DNA of 63,763 nt, filler included, from Lama guanicoe (lineage: Eukaryota), in the NCBI GenBank assembly GCA_013239625.1. It is 207 parts of 207 records of this genome, joined end to end, with 100 filler letters (N's around TTAATTAATTAA, not from the genome) between each part and the next. Parts side by side here need not be neighbours in the genome. Positions count along the whole stretch, not along the records: positions 36,055 to 36,263 come from PNXV01035110.1; positions 36,364 to 36,572 come from PNXV01035111.1; positions 36,673 to 36,881 come from PNXV01035112.1; positions 36,982 to 37,190 come from PNXV01035113.1; positions 37,291 to 37,499 come from PNXV01035114.1; positions 37,600 to 37,808 come from PNXV01035115.1; positions 37,909 to 38,117 come from PNXV01035116.1; positions 38,218 to 38,426 come from PNXV01035117.1; 199 more parts are not named here. One strand, written 5' to 3'. The notes beneath the pieces were generated by a model. That model did no database searches. It saw only the letters and a program-made list of their open reading frames with translations, and was not told where the DNA came from. The stretch's first letter is position 1. Each line of letters opens with the position of its first letter. This document shows positions 35,955-48,314 of the stretch, piece after piece. The position numbers were made by a program, and so were the translations under genes.

Positions 35955-38900
35955 NNNNNNNNNNNNNNNNNNNNNNNNNNNNNNNNNNNNNNNNNNNNTT
36001 AATTAATTAANNNNNNNNNNNNNNNNNNNNNNNNNNNNNNNNNNNNNNNNNNNNCCAAAGGGAAGTAACATTTCCATTGTACAGAACAGCATAATTTACA
36101 ATACCCAAGATATGGAAACAACCCAAGTGTCGATCAACAGATAAAAGGATAAAGAAGATGTGGCATGTATATACAATCTTGCCATTTCCTACACCATGGA
36201 TAGACTTGAGGGTCTTTTGTTAAGTGAAATAAGATAAATAAAGACAAATAACATGTGATTTCANNNNNNNNNNNNNNNNNNNNNNNNNNNNNNNNNNNNN
36301 NNNNNNNTTAATTAATTAANNNNNNNNNNNNNNNNNNNNNNNNNNNNNNNNNNNNNNNNNNNNTGCCATGCTTTCCTCTTTCTACCCAAGTCAAAAACCC
36401 CCAGGATGGTAAGGGTTTTGAAGTCAGACATCAGATGGGATCCAGGTCTGCCCTTGGTTAGGTTGAATTTTTGAGCTTTAATTTCTTTGCTTGGGAAACT
36501 GGGGCAAGAACAACTGACACACAGATTTCTTTCATCCAACAGATGTTTCCTACCACCTGCTACCTGCCGGACNNNNNNNNNNNNNNNNNNNNNNNNNNNN
36601 NNNNNNNNNNNNNNNNTTAATTAATTAANNNNNNNNNNNNNNNNNNNNNNNNNNNNNNNNNNNNNNNNNNNNGGATCCTTTTTCTTACATTTTCACTCTT
36701 ATTTTCTATCTCTTTTTTTTTGTTGCTGTTTTTGTTCTACTTTCTGTGAGACTTCCTCTATATAATAATCCTGCTCCTCTGTTTTCATTTTCGTGATTGT
36801 ATTCTTAAATCCTGGGAGTAATATCTTCAAATATTTTAATTATATATTCTTAACTAAATATTTTCCTGTTGCTTGCCTTGTNNNNNNNNNNNNNNNNNNN
36901 NNNNNNNNNNNNNNNNNNNNNNNNNTTAATTAATTAANNNNNNNNNNNNNNNNNNNNNNNNNNNNNNNNNNNNNNNNNNNNGCCACCCCCGAAGGGACAG
37001 GGTTGCTCGGTGGCTGAGCCCCTGGGGCGCGGGTCAACATGCAAGTCACAGCCTGACTGACCCAGCTACCCCTCGGGCTCCGGACAGGCTGCCCGGCCTC
37101 CCCACTCCCACACCAGCACCCGCTTGGAGGAGCGGCTCGAGAGACTCCTGCCTTGGCCCACCAGCCAATCCTGCCTGGGCCTCCAGGGAANNNNNNNNNN
37201 NNNNNNNNNNNNNNNNNNNNNNNNNNNNNNNNNNTTAATTAATTAANNNNNNNNNNNNNNNNNNNNNNNNNNNNNNNNNNNNNNNNNNNNAGCACAAGGA
37301 TGTCAACAAAAATCACGGAGAATGTCATCTCTGTGGGGCCGGTGGTGGCCCCCTGGGGAGCTGTGTTGAGAACATGGGGAAGGGGGGCCTGTCCCAGCCA
37401 GTGGGAAAGATCGTGGGTCCGAGGAGGGGTAACTGTCACTGGCACAGAGAGATCCCATACCTGTTTTATTTGTTTCCCATGACCCTAAAGATCTCAGAGN
37501 NNNNNNNNNNNNNNNNNNNNNNNNNNNNNNNNNNNNNNNNNNNTTAATTAATTAANNNNNNNNNNNNNNNNNNNNNNNNNNNNNNNNNNNNNNNNNNNNA
37601 CTCTTTCATTCATCATAAATGATGTCCTATGAAAGAATACACATTCTTCAAATGCCATTAAAAGAAATCACTTGGAAATTTTTGGTGCATCAATTCAAGT
37701 GTAAGTTAGAAGTTATTGCCAAAAAAAAAAGAAGTATTTTGACACATCGAGGAATTTGATTTGAGGCTATACATACTTTTTAACAAAGAAATTAATTGCA
37801 ATACCCTCNNNNNNNNNNNNNNNNNNNNNNNNNNNNNNNNNNNNNNNNNNNNTTAATTAATTAANNNNNNNNNNNNNNNNNNNNNNNNNNNNNNNNNNNN
37901 NNNNNNNNTTACCATTGAGAGTTCCAGAAATTCAGACATGAACTCATCAGGGAAACAGATGAGTGCTTACAGGCTGAGGAGCACATTTTCCAAAAGGTTT
38001 ATAGCGAACAGCCTGGCCTCTGAGCTGCTATATTTTTTATGTTTAATCTTTAAAAATTCTGGGTTTGCAGTGGAAGTCAAAATTTGGTGAGGAGAGAACT
38101 TGATTGGTGCTTTATGANNNNNNNNNNNNNNNNNNNNNNNNNNNNNNNNNNNNNNNNNNNNTTAATTAATTAANNNNNNNNNNNNNNNNNNNNNNNNNNN
38201 NNNNNNNNNNNNNNNNNCTTATTTCTTGAAGCATAAAAATATGATGGAATGAATGTTCATTCACAACTTATTTCAGTCATTTAGCAGTAATGTTACACAT
38301 GGAGTATTATAAATTTACTGACATTCATGTATATGGAGGAAGGATTACAAAGATCAGTGAGATCTGATCAATGATTGCAAGTAAACAAATTCTATTATTT
38401 TCAATTTGTCATAAATAAATTACTATNNNNNNNNNNNNNNNNNNNNNNNNNNNNNNNNNNNNNNNNNNNNTTAATTAATTAANNNNNNNNNNNNNNNNNN
38501 NNNNNNNNNNNNNNNNNNNNNNNNNNCGAATCATGTCCAGGCATTCGTGGCCTGCCTTCCTTTAGTCTGCCACCGGGCCGTAGGGAATATTCACTCAGTA
38601 CCTTCGCACTTTTCTCAGTTAGTGCTCAGTACGTTGACTGATTTCTCAGGAAATCCTTTGCTAACTTGTAGATGAAGCTAAGCGATTTCTCCCTGGATGT
38701 CATCAGTATCTCCCTTTTTTTCCCTTCTAGGTCTTNNNNNNNNNNNNNNNNNNNNNNNNNNNNNNNNNNNNNNNNNNNNTTAATTAATTAANNNNNNNNN
38801 NNNNNNNNNNNNNNNNNNNNNNNNNNNNNNNNNNNGCCTCCCAAACTGACTGAGGCAAGATGTTTCTTCAAAGTTCTGCTGGGCATGATTCCCACCCCGA

Positions 38901-39155
38901 GTTTTCAACATCATGGCTGGGTGTGCCTCCCACAGACATTAGCTACCTGTTTGTGTATTGGTGGAGAAATACAAAAACTATGAAGTTGAACTATGGAGAA
39001 ATAGAATGAAAGTCTCTCCCAGATGCAAATGGCACCATAGATTANNNNNNNNNNNNNNNNNNNNNNNNNNNNNNNNNNNNNNNNNNNNTTAATTAATTAA
39101 NNNNNNNNNNNNNNNNNNNNNNNNNNNNNNNNNNNNNNNNNNNNAGGAACAAAAA

Positions 39156-39353
39156 GTGTCGGAGCGGGCTGCGGAAGACGTCAGAGGGAGCCAGGCCGCC
39201 CAGCGGTGGTGGCAGGCGGAGCAGCAGCAGCCCCCGCAGCCCCGGCACCGCCTCCACCTAACTCAGCTGCCACTGCCACCGCCACCACTGCAATGGCAAG
39301 TGTTGGGGAGCGCCGGCCCCTGCCCAGTCCCGAAGCGATGCTGGGACAGTCAT
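39156..39353 (+). pseudogene. ATXN7: Degenerate ATXN7 N-terminal copy (start ATG>GTG, frameshift, no in-frame polyQ)
   Basis: (V)SERAAEDVRG, then in another frame [55 protein letters not shown], versus recalled ATXN7 MSERAADDVRGEPRRAAAAAGGAAAAAARQn...[23 protein letters not shown]. Confidence 0.9.
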
Positions 39354-41616
39354 NNNNNNNNNNNNNNNNNNNNNNNNNNNNNNNNNNNNNNNNNNNNTTA
39401 ATTAATTAANNNNNNNNNNNNNNNNNNNNNNNNNNNNNNNNNNNNNNNNNNNNTGCTGTTGAGATGAGGAACCTGAGGTGCGGGGAGGTTACGTGGCAGA
39501 GCCGGAACTTTAACCCAGAGTCTTAATGAAGATGCACCGAGGGAGTCCGGCTGGCTTGGCGCAGCCCTTGGTCTTCCCCGGCCCTCCCCGTGTAAGGGTG
39601 TAAGCTGACACGGCCTCTGAGTAACTGACAGGAGAGCCCCAGGTCACTCGGAGGGGACGGAGNNNNNNNNNNNNNNNNNNNNNNNNNNNNNNNNNNNNNN
39701 NNNNNNTTAATTAATTAANNNNNNNNNNNNNNNNNNNNNNNNNNNNNNNNNNNNNNNNNNNNAGCACTGGTAACCACAGTAAATAACAAGTAGGAAGTGA
39801 AATCACTTCAAAGAAAACCCTTTTCCTTTTTTCAACTGTTTTAAACATTTGTATTGTGAGTCAGGGTTCCAGGAAGAAAGACACTCCTACATCTTGGGGG
39901 TTTATTTTCCACATTCCAGTAATAGACTCTAGAAGGATGAACAGAACATTTGAAAAGGTAAAAAAAAAAAANNNNNNNNNNNNNNNNNNNNNNNNNNNNN
40001 NNNNNNNNNNNNNNNTTAATTAATTAANNNNNNNNNNNNNNNNNNNNNNNNNNNNNNNNNNNNNNNNNNNNTAAAGTGTTACTTTAGGTCGCTAAGTTTC
40101 TTACCATTGTCATGCAGTCATGGAAAATGAAAACACAGGTAACAAATGATCTGCTTTCTCTCACCACAGATTAGTTTGCATTTGCTAGATTTTTTAAATT
40201 AACGGAATCATTCCATATATTTATATATATTTTTTCAGATCTGGATTTTTTTCACTCAGCATAGTAATTTTTCAGATTCANNNNNNNNNNNNNNNNNNNN
40301 NNNNNNNNNNNNNNNNNNNNNNNNTTAATTAATTAANNNNNNNNNNNNNNNNNNNNNNNNNNNNNNNNNNNNNNNNNNNNACCCTCCAAGTGGTGCTTGT
40401 TTCTTGACTGGCCTGTCGTTTCTGTAACAAGTTTAGGACTTAGAATATTGAGCCTCTGATGGGGACTTCACAAAGCTCACCATTGTTGCCTTGTGACACA
40501 GCTTGACCACCCTACCATGTTTGTGCCTCGGCTCTCAGTCTTACAGCTGCAACCAGACCCCTCCTAGCTGCTCCAGCTGTAGCCCCAGTNNNNNNNNNNN
40601 NNNNNNNNNNNNNNNNNNNNNNNNNNNNNNNNNTTAATTAATTAANNNNNNNNNNNNNNNNNNNNNNNNNNNNNNNNNNNNNNNNNNNNATAAAGAAATT
40701 TTAAAAAATCAAGGCTGTGTTTAAGGAGTGTTAATTGGTGAAAACACGTAGGAGGGTTTAGAGTAATGGGACAATCTGGGATTCCAAGGCTTTGACATAA
40801 CTGATGATTCCTTTATTAGTTATTTTCTTTTAATAATTATTTTTCCTTTTGTTTATTTTGGAGAAAATAGTGCATTCACATGGTGCAAAATCCAAAAANN
40901 NNNNNNNNNNNNNNNNNNNNNNNNNNNNNNNNNNNNNNNNNNTTAATTAATTAANNNNNNNNNNNNNNNNNNNNNNNNNNNNNNNNNNNNNNNNNNNNGT
41001 GGATTATATCACAAAATTTTGCAATTCAAGAAAAAGAAAATCAACTGATAAAAAATGAGACAGGCAAAAGATATGGATAAATTAACACAGCATCATAAAC
41101 CGACTATACGTCAAATTTTAAAAAATGTGGATAAATACCACACAGCCTTAAGGATGGCAAATAGCCCATGAAAAAATTTCCAACATCACTATTCATTAAG
41201 GAAATACNNNNNNNNNNNNNNNNNNNNNNNNNNNNNNNNNNNNNNNNNNNNTTAATTAATTAANNNNNNNNNNNNNNNNNNNNNNNNNNNNNNNNNNNNN
41301 NNNNNNNTTTTAAAAACTTCAAACATCATTTAATGACATAAATAATTAGTATTTTAGCTATTCTCTTCGTTTCATGTTCTTTAAAAAGTACAAAAAATAG
41401 AAGAGAAGGAATCATACTGCAATTTGTAATTTAAAAGATTTGACCAAGAGGCGGATAGTAGACTTAGAGGATAGAAGTCATTTACATCTGGACTTGGAAA
41501 TCTCTACCCTTTGGTCNNNNNNNNNNNNNNNNNNNNNNNNNNNNNNNNNNNNNNNNNNNNTTAATTAATTAANNNNNNNNNNNNNNNNNNNNNNNNNNNN
41601 NNNNNNNNNNNNNNNN

Positions 41617-41825
41617 AAAAAAAAATAGATAAATGGGACTTGATCAAAATTAAAAACTTCTGTGTTTCAAAGGATACTCTCAAGATTAAAAAGACAACCC
41701 TCAGAACTGGAGAAAATATTTGCAAATCATGTCTGACGAGGGACTGGTATCCAGAATATATAAAAATATGTTATGGTTCAACACTAAAAAGACAAATAAA
41801 AATGGACAAAAGATCTAAATAGACA
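41617..41825 (+). mobile_element. L1 ORF2 C-terminal fragment
   Basis: KIDKWDLIKIKNFCVSKDT...EKIFANHVSD.GLVSRIYK...KWTKDLNR. Confidence 0.9.
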
Positions 41826-43547
41826 NNNNNNNNNNNNNNNNNNNNNNNNNNNNNNNNNNNNNNNNNNNNTTAATTAATTAANNNNNNNNNNNNNNNNNNN
41901 NNNNNNNNNNNNNNNNNNNNNNNNNTAAGGGTATTCATGATTTTTTCTTATTGCTTTCTTATTGTCTTATAAAACTTTTCTAATGTTATCAGCTAGCCGG
42001 AAAAATACGTTAAGAAAAAATAACTTGAAATGCTATGACAATGTTGGGCTGCGTCTTTGGAGTCACTTCTGAGGGTCTTCCAAGCGCCCCATATGGAGTA
42101 GAAGAAATAACACTTCTAAAGTTTGAGGCTTTTTNNNNNNNNNNNNNNNNNNNNNNNNNNNNNNNNNNNNNNNNNNNNTTAATTAATTAANNNNNNNNNN
42201 NNNNNNNNNNNNNNNNNNNNNNNNNNNNNNNNNNTAACAGTCCCCAATAAATAAATAAAATAAATTGTACTAAAATAAAATACCAAAGAATTTAAAGAAA
42301 AATTAAACTAGGACCAAATGGGGTATCATTTTATACACACTATGATGATAGAAATAAAGAAGTCAGAAACCAAACACTGGCCAGAATGTGGAAACATGGG
42401 GACTCATACCCTGTTCGTAGGACTGTGAGTAGATACAACCCTGNNNNNNNNNNNNNNNNNNNNNNNNNNNNNNNNNNNNNNNNNNNNTTAATTAATTAAN
42501 NNNNNNNNNNNNNNNNNNNNNNNNNNNNNNNNNNNNNNNNNNNTGGTCTCTTGACAGGATTCAGGTTTCTGTAACACTACTGTTGTTTAATATACAGGGG
42601 AAAACAGAAATAGAAGTGTCCCAGGTGATAAATCTGGCAGATGCCACCCTAACCAAAGGCTGCAAGCCAACCTCACCTGTAACAGGACATAATCACGTCA
42701 CCCACCTGCCAGGACAACGCACCGAGAAAGGCGTAGCGTGATCTCCATGGTANNNNNNNNNNNNNNNNNNNNNNNNNNNNNNNNNNNNNNNNNNNNTTAA
42801 TTAATTAANNNNNNNNNNNNNNNNNNNNNNNNNNNNNNNNNNNNNNNNNNNNCTAGACAAAATGGTTTTAGAGATGATACCAGATGCACACTCCATTAAA
42901 AAATAAATAAATTGGATTGCATCAAAATTAAAAATGTTTGCTCTGTGAAAGACATTATTTTTTTTCACATTTTTAAACAAATTTATTAATTTCGTGAAAC
43001 TGATACATACTATCATTATGGGATTAAAGAAATATAGTAAAACATACAGAAGAAAGTTTTANNNNNNNNNNNNNNNNNNNNNNNNNNNNNNNNNNNNNNN
43101 NNNNNTTAATTAATTAANNNNNNNNNNNNNNNNNNNNNNNNNNNNNNNNNNNNNNNNNNNNACCAGCAGTGTCGGGTTTCTTCCCATCCTCGCCAGCGTT
43201 TGGCGTTGTCACTATTTCTAGTCTGAGTCGTCCTGATCGGTGTACATGAGCCGTGTGGTCTTGCGTTAATTACCAAACATGTTGGAGACCCACTTCCTCC
43301 TTGTGAGCCAGCGGATGGGGCGCTGTGAATTCTAAACAAGCAAACACGTGTCAGGAACTTAGAACAATGGNNNNNNNNNNNNNNNNNNNNNNNNNNNNNN
43401 NNNNNNNNNNNNNNTTAATTAATTAANNNNNNNNNNNNNNNNNNNNNNNNNNNNNNNNNNNNNNNNNNNNATCTTGCCTCTCCCTATTTAAAATCCTTCA
43501 GCAGCTTCCAAGTACCTGCTTGGCAAATTCCAAACACCTTAGCGTAG

Positions 43548-43679
43548 TGTTACGAACTGAACGTTTGTGTCCCCACAAAATTCATATGTTGATACCTAAT
43601 CCCCGGTGCAATGGTATTAGGAGGCGGGGCGTTTGGGAAGTGACTAGGCCATGAGGGTGGAGTCCTCATGAATGGGAGG
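43548..43679 (+). mobile_element. MaLR LTR (MLT1A-like) 5' end
   Basis: TGTTACGAACTGAACGTTTGTGTCCCC.CAAAATTCATATGTTGA...ATGGTATTAGGAGG...CATGAGGGTGGAG.CCTCATGAATGGGA. Confidence 0.88.
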
Positions 43680-44535
43680 NNNNNNNNNNNNNNNNNNNNN
43701 NNNNNNNNNNNNNNNNNNNNNNNTTAATTAATTAANNNNNNNNNNNNNNNNNNNNNNNNNNNNNNNNNNNNNNNNNNNNTAGGGAGCCATTGGCCAGAGT
43801 GACAGCTGCTTTGTTCACGAAGATGGCAATTGGTGGTTACTGCTCAGATCCCATCCGGCCTCGGAGGGCCTCCCGGAGATGCCCCTGGAGCCGAGGCAGA
43901 GATGGCCGTCAGTCCTGCCTCGTGGCACGGTGTTTTCTTTTATGCTCAAAACAGGCTCACGACCTGGGCTTCACGTGCCCTGAGACTGNNNNNNNNNNNN
44001 NNNNNNNNNNNNNNNNNNNNNNNNNNNNNNNNTTAATTAATTAANNNNNNNNNNNNNNNNNNNNNNNNNNNNNNNNNNNNNNNNNNNNGGCAAACCATTA
44101 CAGACCAGCCAGGGCCCCAGGACGCAGCATCGGGCCACGGCATGAGGTTCCGATCCACTGCGGGTATTTTCTCATCTGAACTTCCTTTCGACTGAATTTG
44201 CCTTGAACTTTCTCCACGAAGGCAAACATTTAAGTTTGCTGAAGAGTCTCTTGGGACATGAACTCTCACGGTCCGAATGACTCTTCCGTGAGCGCTGNNN
44301 NNNNNNNNNNNNNNNNNNNNNNNNNNNNNNNNNNNNNNNNNTTAATTAATTAANNNNNNNNNNNNNNNNNNNNNNNNNNNNNNNNNNNNNNNNNNNNCAG
44401 TGCACAAAGGTCAGGGTTATCTACCAAGACAGGCCGTACACGAGGATAATCAAAGTAGGGGTGTCTTCAGACATCTTGCCTTGCCAGCCATAGCCAACTG
44501 AGCATCCTCAGAAGCTGTGGAAGACTCCTGAACTC

Positions 44536-44606
44536 TAGGTCGGGAACCAACCATCCTGGTTTGCCAAGGACTGGAGGTGGGGTTTCCAAGGACAGGGGAC
44601 TTTTCA
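44536..44606. mobile_element. hAT-Blackjack MITE (MER81-like) fragment
   Basis: ACCAACCATCCTGGTTTGCCAAGGACTG...GGGGTTTCCAAGGACAGGGGACTTTTCA. Confidence 0.6.
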
Positions 44607-44706
44607 NNNNNNNNNNNNNNNNNNNNNNNNNNNNNNNNNNNNNNNNNNNNTTAATTAATTAANNNNNNNNNNNNNNNNNNNNNNNNNNNNNNNNNNNNNN
44701 NNNNNN

Positions 44707-44915
44707 TACTACAAATAACTATAACCAACAAATTGGACAACTTAGGAGAAATAGATAAATTCTTAGAAATATACAGTTTTCAAGGAATCATGAAGAAATG
44801 AAAATCTAAAATCTGAATTGACTAATTACTAGTAAGGCAATTAAAATAGTGATAAAAATTTTCCCAAGAAAAAAAATCTCAGGGCAAGATGGCTTCACTG
44901 GCAAATTCTAAAAAA
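44707..44915 (+). mobile_element. L1 ORF2 fragment
   Basis: KLDNL.EIDKFLEIY...LN.LITSK...IKNFPRKKSQGQDGFTGKF. Confidence 0.85.
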
Positions 44916-45324
44916 NNNNNNNNNNNNNNNNNNNNNNNNNNNNNNNNNNNNNNNNNNNNTTAATTAATTAANNNNNNNNNNNNNNNNNNNNNNNNNNNNN
45001 NNNNNNNNNNNNNNNGCACATGAAAGAGCCAATGGCACCAAAATTGACAAATCCCAGCTTCATACAATAAAGAGACGGAAACCATCCCATCCCATTCCTA
45101 GCTGTTGCCACACACAAGCACTTTTCATTCCTCTGCACTCTTCCTTGGTGATTTCCAGCTCCCACAGTTCCTCATACAACCAAAACCTCCATGATGTTGC
45201 TAATGCTACAGGTACCATCTGGAGNNNNNNNNNNNNNNNNNNNNNNNNNNNNNNNNNNNNNNNNNNNNTTAATTAATTAANNNNNNNNNNNNNNNNNNNN
45301 NNNNNNNNNNNNNNNNNNNNNNNN

Positions 45325-45533
45325 ACAAGGAGCTGAGTTTTGGCATGGAATGGGGCAGGGCTGTTCTGTGGTCTTCCCCGAGCCCACCTATGAAGCGTGG
45401 ACCTGAGGTGGAGTGGGCAGCTGCACAGAGCAGGAAGCGACCGGCACCAGGAGAGGGTGAGTGGTCACCTCTTTCCAGCAGGAGCACAGCACGTGATCGC
45501 AGTGCTGGGAGGGGGCAAGACCTGCCCGCCTAC
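45325..45533. repeat. Interspersed repeat shared with 28029-28236
   Basis: Collinear similarity to 28071-28236. Confidence 0.7.
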
Positions 45534-46347
45534 NNNNNNNNNNNNNNNNNNNNNNNNNNNNNNNNNNNNNNNNNNNNTTAATTAATTAANNNNNNNNNNN
45601 NNNNNNNNNNNNNNNNNNNNNNNNNNNNNNNNNGAACTCCCCTCTTTTCCACTTGTTCCTCAAACCTCAGATTGCCTTGTGCATGGCTGAGGTTAACCCT
45701 CCCCTTCCCTCTGTGCGTCTCCCCTGGCGGGCCAGCTCTCCACCAGCCTGCGCAGGGCCAAGGGGACCACTGTCCCCCATTGTGCCCCACACAGGAGTCC
45801 GCTGTCCCGAGTCAGGCAACTCCACTGCCGTTCTCAGCAGCANNNNNNNNNNNNNNNNNNNNNNNNNNNNNNNNNNNNNNNNNNNNTTAATTAATTAANN
45901 NNNNNNNNNNNNNNNNNNNNNNNNNNNNNNNNNNNNNNNNNNAGGTAAGAGCAGAAGATTATTTCTCCCTTATATAGACAATCTCATAATTTTATGACTG
46001 GAAAAGGCCAACTCTTTACAAGTAAGGAAAATGGGATCTATTTGGTTAGAAATCCCCAAACTAGGGAATAGTTGAATTGATCTTTAGTTCCAAGTTCCCA
46101 ATTTGTAATCCAGTGATTTTATTAATGCACCCCCATTGCCCCTGCCAGTATNNNNNNNNNNNNNNNNNNNNNNNNNNNNNNNNNNNNNNNNNNNNTTAAT
46201 TAATTAANNNNNNNNNNNNNNNNNNNNNNNNNNNNNNNNNNNNNNNNNNNNGGGACCGAAGGTGTATTACTTGGTTGTACTGTTGAAGTCTGTGTATCAA
46301 CGTGTTTTGAGAGATAGGCAAACAAATGCTAAATAGTTACACAATTA

Positions 46348-46460
46348 CAGTTGCCCTCCATATAGGCAGATTCTGCATCCGTGGATTTAACTAACCACAG
46401 ATCAGAAATTGTTTTTTTAAATCTGGAAATTTCCAAAAAGCAAAACTTGAACTTTCTGTG
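46348..46460. mobile_element. Tigger-derived MITE (MER2-like) left end
   Basis: TA|CAGTTGCCCTCCATAT...GCATCCGTGGATT.AAC.AACCACAGATC...TTCCAAAAAGCAAAACTTGAA. Confidence 0.7.
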
Positions 46461-47641
46461 NNNNNNNNNNNNNNNNNNNNNNNNNNNNNNNNNNNNNNNN
46501 NNNNTTAATTAATTAANNNNNNNNNNNNNNNNNNNNNNNNNNNNNNNNNNNNNNNNNNNNCTTTGCCCCTGCAAATGGGGATGACCAGAAGTGTTCAGGA
46601 GTACTCAAACATGCCAGCAGTGCTAATTGAGGGGTGCCAGGTGACCAGCTCATTGAGAGACAAGCAAACTTGTATCTGCATTAAATTGCTGGTAAATCAG
46701 AAAATGTGGAAAATACCAACATCTCCCTACTTTCTGCTTCCCAGTATTTTAATTTTTGCAAATCGTTTTNNNNNNNNNNNNNNNNNNNNNNNNNNNNNNN
46801 NNNNNNNNNNNNNTTAATTAATTAANNNNNNNNNNNNNNNNNNNNNNNNNNNNNNNNNNNNNNNNNNNNTCACCTGATTAAGGGTCTCCACAGTGGATGC
46901 TTTCTGGTGGGAAATGAAGTGAGAGGAAGAAGTTTGGAGAACAATGTGCTTAGTCCCTCAAGTTTATCCACATGCCTCTTCACGGGTTCTTGTTGTCTTG
47001 TATTTTCGAACCTTGCGTTTCCCAGGCACCTGATTGATGGGCTAAACCACATGCCACTGCCTAAGAGTTTCTGTATATNNNNNNNNNNNNNNNNNNNNNN
47101 NNNNNNNNNNNNNNNNNNNNNNTTAATTAATTAANNNNNNNNNNNNNNNNNNNNNNNNNNNNNNNNNNNNNNNNNNNNTATCGCAATAAGGCTGTTCTAT
47201 GAAAAAATATTTCTGGACCACTATTTTCCCATCTATATTACTAGTCTGCCCCACAATTTTAGAAAAACAAACAAAAAAAAACCAAACAAAAATTTGCCAG
47301 GAGATCTTTAGGACTGCAATGTTCCTGGGTCTCCAAATTGCCTCTGATGTTCTGCTCCTGTTAACACACACTAGTTGGGCTGGACTANNNNNNNNNNNNN
47401 NNNNNNNNNNNNNNNNNNNNNNNNNNNNNNNTTAATTAATTAANNNNNNNNNNNNNNNNNNNNNNNNNNNNNNNNNNNNNNNNNNNNAACCCAGATTCCT
47501 CCAGGGGCCAGTGTTAATGAAAGGAACTGGCTGTTGTTTGCATTTTAAGTACACAGCACTATCCATTGCTTTCACAAAGAAACATATTCTCTTTCTCACG
47601 AGGCCCTCAAGGTCTATCTTTTGTTTGCTGACTTTTGACAG

Positions 47642-47686
47642 AGACATTGTTCGGAGGAATTTCTCTAAAAGCAGGAAACCAAGAGC
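47642..47686 (+). other. Candidate 45-nt internal exon, gene unknown
   Basis: cttttgtttgctgacttttgacag|AGACATTG...CCAAGAGC|gtaaga, with a branch-like CTGAC. Length is a multiple of 3. Confidence 0.3.
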
Positions 47687-47796
47687 GTAAGACAGGNNNN
47701 NNNNNNNNNNNNNNNNNNNNNNNNNNNNNNNNNNNNNNNNTTAATTAATTAANNNNNNNNNNNNNNNNNNNNNNNNNNNNNNNNNNNNNNNNNNNN

Positions 47797-48005
47797 GATG
47801 CTTCCATATCTTGGCAATTATAAATAATGTTGCTGTTAATAGTAGTGTGTATGTATCTTTCTGAATTAATGTTTTTGTTTTTCTTGGATATATGCCCCGG
47901 AGTGTAATTGCTGGGCCATATGGTGGTTCTATTTTTAGATTTTTGAGAAACTCCATATTGTTTTCCATAGTGACTTCACCAATTTACATTCCCACCAACA
48001 GTGTA
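47797..48005 (-). mobile_element. L1 ORF2 3' fragment
   Basis: MENNMEFLKNLKIEPPYGPAITLRGIYPRKTKTLIQKDT. Confidence 0.92.
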
Positions 48006-48129
48006 NNNNNNNNNNNNNNNNNNNNNNNNNNNNNNNNNNNNNNNNNNNNTTAATTAATTAANNNNNNNNNNNNNNNNNNNNNNNNNNNNNNNNNNNNNNN
48101 NNNNNAAAAAAATGGTTTAAAATAATACA

Positions 48130-48314
48130 CATGCTAAATAAAGTTGCGGGATACAAAATCAACATACAGAAATCACTAACAAAGTAAAAAGTTAAGTAAA
48201 CCATTTTATTTACAATAGCTATAAAAAAGAATAAAATACTTAGGAATGAATTTAACTGAAGAGGTGAAAAGTATACTAAAAACCATAAAATATTGATGAA
48301 ACATATGGAAGAAG
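48130..48314 (+). mobile_element. L1 ORF2 fragment
   Basis: KVAGYKINIQKS...IKYLGMNLTEEVK. Confidence 0.9.

Noticed and set aside
39156..39401. Novel Gln/Pro-rich protein MSERAAEDVRGSQAAQRWWQ...
   Set aside because: It starts at GTG and is the out-of-frame continuation of a frameshifted ATXN7 copy.
44089..44297. Long open minus-strand frame in a CpG-containing contig
   Set aside because: No recognisable domain or splice signals; an open frame of ~69 codons can arise by chance.
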